Below the pieces are notes generated by a model. That model saw nothing but the letters and a program-made list of their open reading frames with translations. It ran no database searches and was not told where the DNA came from. DNA of 64,000 nt from a virus (taxonomy: Duplodnaviria > Heunggongvirae > Uroviricota > Caudoviricetes). This document shows positions 57,039-64,000 of this stretch, in pieces (the first letter of the stretch is position 1; the number at the start of each line of letters is the position of its first letter). The DNA is taken from the IMG/VR virus record IMGVR_UViG_3300012942_000033, positions 35,512 to 99,511 of that record; one strand, 5' to 3'. Made by a program: the position numbers and the translations under genes.

Positions 57039-57452
57039 GTGAAAGCCTATGAGATCATTGAAACCGATGAAAAGCCGCGGCGCGGTTATCAGGCCTTTGA
57101 GCTCGATGCGGCAAGTCGAAGCCATTTGGCCAAGATCTTCCCTCCTAAGTTCCCCGAGTTCATTGGTCATCACATCACCTATGCCTTTGGCGTGATGTCT
57201 AGTGATCCCCTGCCGGAGGCTTCAAGGATTCAGGTTGTAGGATATGCCTGTGATCCAGAAGGTATTGAAGCCTTGGTCGTATCCATTGATGGTACGACAG
57301 AACGGCCCGATGGTAAGACTTTTCATATCACTTGGTCTTTGGATCGTAGCGCGGGTTTCAAGCCAGTGAATTCCAATGATCTTATTGCGAAAAGGGGTTG
57401 GTCAAGGATGCGTGGATCGATAAATATTGTCGCCACCGCTAGGTTTTTCTAG
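57039..57452 (+). CDS. 2H phosphoesterase (LigT / cyclic phosphodiesterase-like)
   Basis: Two H-x-T-x motifs (GHHITYAFG and TFHITWSLD) at the spacing expected for the 2H superfamily. GTG start behind GGAGG. Confidence 0.45.
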   Translation: MKAYEIIETDEKPRRGYQAFELDAASRSHLAKIFPPKFPEFIGHHITYAFGVMSSDPLPEASRIQVVGYACDPEGIEALVVSIDGTTERPDGKTFHITWSLDRSAGFKPVNSNDLIAKRGWSRMRGSINIVATARFF

Positions 57453-57545
57453 GGCATATTACATCAAAGGGTTGAAGCGGTTCTCCTAATCACCCTTTTG
57501 GATTCGCTTATCGCACGGCGCGATCTTTTTGGTTAGGAGTTAAGA

Positions 57546-57932
57546 ATGGCAAAGCTTCACAAGCACCTTATCGTTCATGCAGAAGTTGACCGCCCTCCCC
57601 TGAAGGAGGATGAACGATTTGTTGAACAATGGCTCACACAGATCGTTCACAATATGGGTATGGAGGTGCTCAAAGAGGCTTCAGCTGAATATTGTGAGCA
57701 GGTGGGTAACCGCGGCATGACTGCTGGAGTTTACATCACCACCTCACACATGATCCTCCACACCTGGGATGAATGTGAACAGCCCTTCATCGAGTTCGAC
57801 ATCTATACCTGTAGCGATCTCGATCCGGAGATGGCATTCAAGGCTCTTGAGGTCTTTGGTGCCAAGAACATCTCTTACAAGTTCATCGACCGTTACAATG
57901 GTCTGACTGACTTGGATGCCGGCAAGCGCTAA
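57546..57932 (+). CDS. S-adenosylmethionine decarboxylase-like protein (SpeD/SpeH class)
   Basis: YITTSHMILHTWDE aligns with the AdoMetDC self-cleavage and active-site segment (ESHisiHTWPE); about 128 aa. Confidence 0.55.
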   Translation: MAKLHKHLIVHAEVDRPPLKEDERFVEQWLTQIVHNMGMEVLKEASAEYCEQVGNRGMTAGVYITTSHMILHTWDECEQPFIEFDIYTCSDLDPEMAFKALEVFGAKNISYKFIDRYNGLTDLDAGKR

Positions 57933-58010
57933 AACGGTTATCCAGCGTGATAAGTAGACAGTCCGCTTCGGCGGTCTTTATCACACTGAATATCTCTTAA
58001 AGGCACACGT

Positions 58011-59276
58011 ATGGCATTCATTCTTTTCACCTTCCTCATCGCGATGGCTATCAGTAGTGTCGCGGCATATTTCTCACTTGTTGGTATGGGCACCCTGTTT
58101 GCGGCAACATTCTGGGGTGTAGTCATCATGGCTGGCACTCTAGAAGTGGGCAAGATCGTAGCGACCAAATGGGTTCATGCCAATTGGCGCAATCCGAGAG
58201 CTCCTTGGTATTTCAGAGGTCTATTCTGTGTTTTCATCGCAGCTCTGATGATCATTACCAGTCTTGGTATCTACGGCTATCTCAGTAAGGGCCATTTGGA
58301 GCAGAAAGCACCAATCGCTGGTCTGGAAATTCAAGTCAATCAGCTCGAGGTTCAGATCCAGCAGAAGCAGGCTGAAAATCAGCAACTTCAGACACGCCTG
58401 GATCAGATCAGCAGGATCACTGATAAGAGCTTGGAGAAGTCTGGCACTAGAGCCCTTTGGGTTGCGAATAGCCAGAAGAAGGAAGCAGCGAATATCCAGG
58501 ATCGTATCAACGATAATTTTGATGCTATCAACGCCCTGAATACCAAGTTGGTTCCACTCAAGACTCAAGGTGCGGAGGTGGAGGCCAAGTTAGGCCCAGT
58601 CAAGTACGTGGCTGAGCTATTTGGTCTTAAGGATCCAGAATACGCCGTCAGGATCGTGATCTGTATTATCATGGTGGCCTTCGATCCATTGGCTCTGAGC
58701 CTCTTCATCGCAGGTAGCATTTCACTTACAGATTGGCGTGAGAAGCGTCAGGCTGAAAAAGCAAACTCTGGTCAGGTGTTACCAAAGGAAGAACTTCAAA
58801 CCTCCTTACCAATGGTGGATGAGCCTCAGCCCGCTGATTCCATTTTGGAGCAACTCGATCCTATAGAGGGCGAGGGTCACTCGGTTGATATCCAGGATTT
58901 CAACAAGGCATTCGATGATGAACGTCGCGAATTTGAGACGGTTCGTTCGGATCTAGAACAGCAATTCATCCAGCAAGCTGCTGATCTGGATAAGCGAGCC
59001 ACCACCATTCAGCAGGATGAAGAAGCTCTTCAGACGGCTCACCAACAACTCCTTGAAATGGAAGCCCGTCTTACTGATGAGCGTGACCTCCTGAAACAGT
59101 GGGAAGATCAGCTAACCCAGCAACAGACGGTCATCAATAATTGGGTACCGCCCTCGGAAGATACCCGGAGTGACAAAGAGAAGATCATCGAGATGCTCGA
59201 GCGGAATCCGCAGGTGGTGAATGAAATAGTGAGCGTGGTTGATGCCATGCGCCCACCCTTTAGACCAGGTCTATAA
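58011..59276 (+). CDS. membrane-anchored coiled-coil protein
   Basis: Three N-terminal transmembrane helices, then a long Gln/Glu-rich coiled coil, and a further hydrophobic segment near residue 200. Confidence 0.55.
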   Translation: MAFILFTFLIAMAISSVAAYFSLVGMGTLFAATFWGVVIMAGTLEVGKIVATKWVHANWRNPRAPWYFRGLFCVFIAALMIITSLGIYGYLSKGHLEQKAPIAGLEIQVNQLEVQIQQKQAENQQLQTRLDQISRITDKSLEKSGTRALWVANSQKKEAANIQDRINDNFDAINALNTKLVPLKTQGAEVEAKLGPVKYVAELFGLKDPEYAVRIVICIIMVAFDPLALSLFIAGSISLTDWREKRQAEKANSGQVLPKEELQTSLPMVDEPQPADSILEQLDPIEGEGHSVDIQDFNKAFDDERREFETVRSDLEQQFIQQAADLDKRATTIQQDEEALQTAHQQLLEMEARLTDERDLLKQWEDQLTQQQTVINNWVPPSEDTRSDKEKIIEMLERNPQVVNEIVSVVDAMRPPFRPGL

Positions 59277-59361
59277 TGCGAACTGCTGATCAAGGCTATA
59301 CGATAATAGGTGGTATCCAGCATACCACTAAATATCGGTAAGCAGAGTTCGAGGTCGCGTA

Positions 59362-60618
59362 ATGAGTGAAACCAAAAAGAATCTGAGCTGCTCTTTCTGT
59401 AGCAAGCGACAGGAAGACGTTCAGAAGCTAATTGCTGGCCCTGATGTTTTCATCTGTAATGATTGCGTTCAGCTTTGCGCAGATATCCTCAAAGAGGATG
59501 AGGGCGCGATTGCTTCCTTGGGTTTCAAAGACGGTATTCCTAGCCCTCGCCAGATCAAGGAGTTCCTGGATCAGTATGTGATTGGGCAGGATGAGGCCAA
59601 AATGGTCATGGGTGTTGCGGTTCATAATCATTACAAGCGTCTGGCCAATCCAGTCGTTGATGATGTTGAACTCGAGAAATCCAATATCCTCCTACTTGGC
59701 CCCACCGGCTCCGGTAAGACCCTGATGGCTCGAAGCATTGCGAAGCTTCTTGATGTGCCTTTCACGATTGCTGATGCGACCAGCCTCACTGAAGCAGGTT
59801 ATGTGGGTGATGATGTCGAGACGATCATCACACGCCTACTCCAAGTCTGTGATAATGATGTATCGAAGGCAGAGCGTGGTATCATCTACCTGGATGAGGT
59901 GGATAAGAAGGCTAAGAGGGGTGATTCTGCTTCCATTAGTCGTGATGTCTCGGGTGAAGGCGTCCAACAAGCCCTCCTCAAGATCATTGAGGGTAGTGAA
60001 GTTCGAGTTCCAGTAACGGGTAACCGCAAACATCCTAATGCCGAAATGGCGGTCGTAAACACCAAGAATATCCTCTTCATTGTTGGTGGGGCCTTCGTGG
60101 GTCTCGACGATATTGTGGCCAAACGCCTCAACAAGAATCGAAGCGGCATTGGTTTTGGGGCGGCGATCCAAATGGCTTCTGATCCAAAGAAAGCAGCTAG
60201 CGAGGCTTTCCTCAAAATGGTCGAACCAGAGGATCTAACCAAGTTCGGTCTGATACCTGAACTAGTGGGCCGTCTTCCGGTTATTACCAATCTAGAAGAG
60301 CTAGATCAGGATCAAATGGTTAAGGTACTCACTGAACCCAAGAACGCGCTAGTGAAGCAATTCCAGAAGCAGTTCCAACTCGCTGGGGTTCAATTGGAAT
60401 TCGATGAGGATGCCTTGAGGGCAATCGCCAAGGATGCGATTATCCGTAAGACTGGAGCACGTGGTCTTCGAAGCGTTATCGAAAAGCGCTTGATCAAGGT
60501 CCAATTTGATCTACCTGATCTCAAGGCTCAAGGGGCCCATGCGGTTCGAGTAAGTCAGGATGTCATTACTGGTTCGGCCGAACCACTCGTCGTTTATGAG
60601 AAAGCGGCCAATGAATGA
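59362..60618 (+). CDS. clpX: ATP-dependent Clp protease ATP-binding subunit ClpX
   Basis: N-terminal C4 zinc-binding domain (CSFCSKRQEDVQKLIAGPDVFICNDCVQLC). Walker A LLLGPTGSGKTLMA. ClpX-type IGF-loop region and sensor motifs. Confidence 0.85.
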   Translation: MSETKKNLSCSFCSKRQEDVQKLIAGPDVFICNDCVQLCADILKEDEGAIASLGFKDGIPSPRQIKEFLDQYVIGQDEAKMVMGVAVHNHYKRLANPVVDDVELEKSNILLLGPTGSGKTLMARSIAKLLDVPFTIADATSLTEAGYVGDDVETIITRLLQVCDNDVSKAERGIIYLDEVDKKAKRGDSASISRDVSGEGVQQALLKIIEGSEVRVPVTGNRKHPNAEMAVVNTKNILFIVGGAFVGLDDIVAKRLNKNRSGIGFGAAIQMASDPKKAASEAFLKMVEPEDLTKFGLIPELVGRLPVITNLEELDQDQMVKVLTEPKNALVKQFQKQFQLAGVQLEFDEDALRAIAKDAIIRKTGARGLRSVIEKRLIKVQFDLPDLKAQGAHAVRVSQDVITGSAEPLVVYEKAANE

Positions 60619-60678
60619 TTGACACCAATTACGCTCGTGTTAATCTCCCCGTTATCTATAGGAAAGGAAGTACTGCCT

Positions 60679-61197
60679 GTGAGTTCTAATTATGCGGTGA
60701 ATGACCAAATCCGAGCAAGGGAGGTCAGACTCATCGCCGACAATGGTGAGCAAGTTGGAGTCATTTCAACCATTGAGGCTCGCCGCCGGGCTAATGATGC
60801 CGGCTTGGATCTAGTAGCCATCAATATCAGCAACGGGGTTCCGATCTGTAAGATCCTCGATTATGGCAAGTTCAAATATGATCAGAGCCGTAAGGATCGC
60901 GAGAATGCGAAAAAGAATCGCGAATCACGAGTAGAGCTCAAAGAGATCCAGCTCAGGCCCACCACAGACAGTAATGATATAGCGATCAAAGCCAAAAGAG
61001 CTCAAGGCTTCCTCGAGGATGGCAATAAGGTCAAAGTCATCCTGAAATTCAAAGGGCGTGAGATCACTCACATGGATGTTGGCGCACAGGTAATGCAGAC
61101 CTTCCTTGCCAGCCTGAGTGACTACAAACTGGAACGCCCGGTAAGCCGCAGCGAACGGCAACTTTTTACGATCTTGGTGCCTCTCCCCAAGAAGTAA
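60679..61197 (+). CDS. infC: translation initiation factor IF-3
   Basis: Aligns along its length with E. coli IF3: IRAREVRLI vs IRAQEVRLT, GLDLVAIN...PICKILDYGKFKYDQSRK vs GVDLVEIS...PVCRIMDYGKFLYEKSK, and KEIQLRPTTD...KFKGREITHMDVG vs KEIKFRPGTD...RFRGREMAHQQIG. The start is probably non-ATG (GTG at 60679 behind GGAAAGGAAG); the TTG at 60619 is the alternative. Confidence 0.8.
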   Translation: MSSNYAVNDQIRAREVRLIADNGEQVGVISTIEARRRANDAGLDLVAINISNGVPICKILDYGKFKYDQSRKDRENAKKNRESRVELKEIQLRPTTDSNDIAIKAKRAQGFLEDGNKVKVILKFKGREITHMDVGAQVMQTFLASLSDYKLERPVSRSERQLFTILVPLPKK

Positions 61198-61220
61198 ACC
61201 CTAGGAATAAACCAGAAGAT

Positions 61221-61246
61221 TGATCACAAGGGCGGCCTTGTGATCA
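61221..61246 (+). terminator. rho-independent terminator-like hairpin
   Basis: TGATCACAAGG-GCGG-CCTTGTGATCA lies downstream of infC. Confidence 0.5.
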
Positions 61247-61561
61247 ACTCTGTCTTGGCCTATTGTGAATTCCAATCTGATTGACTGTTCATCGCCCGTT
61301 AAGATTCCTAAACAAGGCATCTTGGATGGTAGATTCTGATAAAGCATTGATATTCAATGACGTAAGCCAGATGATCAAAAGGTTCTGGAGGTTTCGTTGC
61401 ACCGCAGTAACTATTTTTCGTAACTTTTAGGCTTGTGTGGATTAAGCTCTTAGCATAGCTTGATCACACAGCACGACACAGTTGAGGGGGTGACGGGTTG
61501 TAAGGTGTAGCCGGGTCGCGCCAGCAACCACCTTTACCGAAAAACAAATTGTATAGGAGCG

Positions 61562-61951
61562 GTGGCTTCGATGGGCGTCGTGCGTTTATTCGGTCAAACG
61601 GATGCTGATAAAGCTTCATCCAACCTACCAGTTAATGATGATCTTGAGTCAGCTCAAATCATCAACTTGGCTTCTCATCCTAAGGCTCTGAAGAATGTAC
61701 CACCAAGTACGGTACAACATCAAATGAAAACCGTTTTGGCTTCTCATGGGGTTGATTTCTCATGTCGCGATACCAAAAAGGATTTTCAGATCATCATCTT
61801 CCTGGTTCAGGGTATCTTTGATAGACAGGATGGTGCAGTTATGTCACAAGAATCACTTCTTGGTGAGACTTTGCGCCATGTATTCAAAGGAGATGATAAC
61901 GATGCCAGGGACACAGATGAGCTCTTTGGAGACCTGCTTAATCAGCTGTAG
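61562..61951 (+). CDS. hypothetical protein
   Basis: 129-aa ORF after a roughly 300-nt non-coding stretch. Confidence 0.4.
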   Translation: MASMGVVRLFGQTDADKASSNLPVNDDLESAQIINLASHPKALKNVPPSTVQHQMKTVLASHGVDFSCRDTKKDFQIIIFLVQGIFDRQDGAVMSQESLLGETLRHVFKGDDNDARDTDELFGDLLNQL

Positions 61952-62270
61952 TGAGACCCAGAAGAGCCAAAAGGCAGACATTCTGAAGAAGACCGACAAA
62001 ATGATCCGGGTTGCCATCCAGGGCACCAGCATCACATTCAATCTTACTCGGAGTGATACCCGTCGGCCATACGTTGGAAGTCTACATGGCCTCGAGTTCA
62101 CAACAAACGGCTGATCCAAAGGCGTCACAGACGCTCAAAGAAGCTCATCACAAGGGTTGGCTCGCCGGTGTAGCCTTGCGTCTAGGATGCGGCGGAGCCC
62201 CTCGAAACCCCTATCACAGGGATGATGAAGAGTATCTCTATTGGGAGATTGGCTTCGAGGAAGGTATCGC

Positions 62271-62327
62271 TGGTTGACACCCTGGCTTCCTATGTTAGTC
62301 TGAGCCTAAACATAGGAGATCGACTTG
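62271..62327 (+). promoter_or_regulatory. conserved promoter/leader cassette (third copy)
   Basis: TTGACA at 62274-62279, an 11-nt spacer, TATGTT at 62291-62296, then CATAGGAGATCGAC-TTG. The leader can form the TCCTATGTT/AACATAGGA hairpin. Confidence 0.45.
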
Positions 62328-63098
62328 AAACTGCTCTTACAACTGGATCTTACGCCGATTGTGGAATCCATCCTAAAGGGTGAGTTTCCAGATAATGATC
62401 TGACTGTTGATCAACAGGTCGCGCTTGTGAATCAAGCAGCACATGACCTGGTGGCGTTGGGTGGTGTCGATGACCCTGAAGCCATAATGGAGCAAGTCAA
62501 CAACTTGGCTCTCTGGCTGGGTGGTCTCCATGCTGATATCCAGGTTTATGCCTGGCAACTAATTCGTCGAGTCAAGCATATTGGCGTTCTGGCCGATGAT
62601 AAGACCGCAGTTCGTCTTAGGCCATTGGAGGAAAAGATCTTCCAGGATACACCCTATGAGGCCGAGAGCTTTGAGGATCTGAACCATTACGCTTGGCCCA
62701 AGACGTTCTTGGATGGTAGCACGTTTGAGGATCGTCTTGAGGCGGTCTTCAAACAACAGCTTCAAGACGATCCACCGGAGATAGTTTCACCGGATATGAT
62801 CCTCAACGGTATCGGTCACGATACCGTGCTCAATTTCAGCGATGCTTACGCACAGACCTCGGCATGTTGTCATACTCTTTCGGAGAGCAAAGACTATAAG
62901 CCCGAGAAGGGTAAACTAGCCAATATGCGATATCATGAGCGCATGGATAATTTTCTAGGCTGGCTCGCCAATCAGGAGCCCGAGATTGCGATCTTTGGTT
63001 TGAGAACCATCCTGGTTATTTTTCGCCTCCTCGTAGATCCTAGCAAGTTGACCAATTGGGAAAAGTTCAGTGATTATGCTGATCTTCTTCCTAAATAG
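62325..63098 (+). CDS. hypothetical protein (TTG start)
   Basis: 257-aa ORF behind the conserved cassette. Confidence 0.5.
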   Translation: MKLLLQLDLTPIVESILKGEFPDNDLTVDQQVALVNQAAHDLVALGGVDDPEAIMEQVNNLALWLGGLHADIQVYAWQLIRRVKHIGVLADDKTAVRLRPLEEKIFQDTPYEAESFEDLNHYAWPKTFLDGSTFEDRLEAVFKQQLQDDPPEIVSPDMILNGIGHDTVLNFSDAYAQTSACCHTLSESKDYKPEKGKLANMRYHERMDNFLGWLANQEPEIAIFGLRTILVIFRLLVDPSKLTNWEKFSDYADLLPK

Positions 63099-63684
63099 TG
63101 ACACCCAATAACTGGGTACGTTATTCAGAGTACCAATGCCTTAAATAGGCAATCATACCAGCCTCACATTACCCTTGTCCGGAAGAAGACGGAATGGATG
63201 AGCCGCTGGAGCGACTGGCTATCTTTCACCGGGCTGTGATGCTCGGCGCGTTCCGCGTAGGTTGCTGCCAGGATAAAGAATAAGCGCCAATGGTTGTGAG
63301 CTCTCGAGACCCTCGAACTCACAAGTCCAACCATGCTACTTGAAAGGTGTGATTGGGCTACCGCCACTACTCCAGGATACCTAGCTGAAAAGACGACAGG
63401 GTGACCCCGTCGCAGAGTCCACTCTGCGCTAGTTTCAAGGTGTTGCTGATAACCTCTAACTGCAAGACTGTATTCCCTTTACGGTAAGACATAATGGTGT
63501 CTTTATCGTAAGGGGGATAAAGGTGTGACTTCCTACCTACTGCAAGTTCGCCGCATTCGCTCAGTCGCTCATTTGCCATTATCGTTCAGTTATCGCTCAG
63601 TCGTCAAATCTCAAAGATTTCGCAGAGGATGATCCACCAGAGATTCGTGGAAGCGGTTCTCAGAGAATCTCAGAGATCATTGGT

Positions 63685-64000
63685 TCAACTAGAACCCCAT
63701 AGCAACCAGACATCTGGCTGTGCATTCTTCACGATATCGCGGAAGTCTTCCGAATAACTCTCATCAGCAAGGAACTCTTCAAGCTTCTCCTGATAGGCGG
63801 CACGATGGGCATCACTCGGTGTCATCTGCTGGATAATCGAGGAACCACGTTCGTTGGTACATTCATCCAGGCTACCCATTGCAATGCCGAAATAGCATGG
63901 TGCAGTGCCATTGCCACTATAGGAAGTTTCACAGGCTCCATCGAGGAATGCGTCGAGATCATCTTCGTCTGTGGTTTTATCGAAGAGTGAGCTTACATCA
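63685..64000 (-). CDS. hypothetical protein (5' partial; runs off the window end)
   Basis: The minus-strand frame stays open from 64000 down to the stop at 63685. The internal Met at 63879 is not necessarily the start. Confidence 0.35.
   Translation of the reverse strand, partial: DVSSLFDKTTDEDDLDAFLDGACETSYSGNGTAPCYFGIAMGSLDECTNERGSSIIQQMTPSDAHRAAYQEKLEEFLADESYSEDFRDIVKNAQPDVWLLWGSS

Noticed and set aside
1-64000. CRISPR array, integrase or transposase, and tRNA genes
   Set aside because: I see no regularly spaced direct repeats of CRISPR type and no tyrosine or serine recombinase or transposase-like ORFs, which argues against a prophage boundary or mobile element here. I could not recognise a cloverleaf-compatible tRNA in the intergenic regions by eye. 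A tRNAscan-SE or ARAGORN run is needed before excluding tRNAs.

Overview
The window reads as a densely packed segment of a large virulent double-stranded DNA phage genome, of the T4 superfamily or 'huge phage' type, rather than a bacterial chromosome. GC content looks moderate by eye.

Evidence for a phage:
- Genes are short, tightly packed and often overlap by a few bases (ATGA or TAATG junctions).
- A T4-like replication and nucleotide-metabolism core is present: a gp61-like primase, a DnaB/gp41-like helicase, class I ribonucleotide reductase alpha and beta subunits plus a glutaredoxin, and a split type II topoisomerase (gp39-like and gp52-like subunits).
- Several structural genes are preceded by CTAAATA motifs that resemble T4-type late promoters.

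Layered on this core is an unusual cargo of host-like genes:
- A circularly permuted (two-piece) tmRNA gene with a sigma70-like promoter; its tag reading frame encodes ANDNTVEVALAA followed by a stop codon.
- ClpX, translation initiation factor IF3 and a CCA-adding enzyme.
- An RNA-repair-like set: an RNA/DNA ligase-like protein, a Pol-beta-type nucleotidyltransferase, a 2H phosphoesterase and an HNH endonuclease.
- A hybrid PAS histidine kinase, a stand-alone receiver domain protein and a protein made of four PAS repeats with no output domain.
- An NfeD–flotillin–TelA membrane module.
- A thermonuclease and a NADAR domain protein.
- QueD-like and SpeD-like metabolic genes.
- A PAAR-like domain fused to a SleB-type cell-wall hydrolase, plus a second, secreted SleB-type hydrolase.

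The most striking feature is a paralogous family of roughly 20 small proteins. They share a central W-C-x2-3-[NH]-C motif and a near-C-terminal D-A-x-L-F-K-L-x-W-G-G motif. They sit in two tandem arrays, one of which is inserted between the two topoisomerase II subunit genes. I do not recognise this family as described.

I found no CRISPR array, no integrase or transposase, and no convincing tRNA genes in this window.
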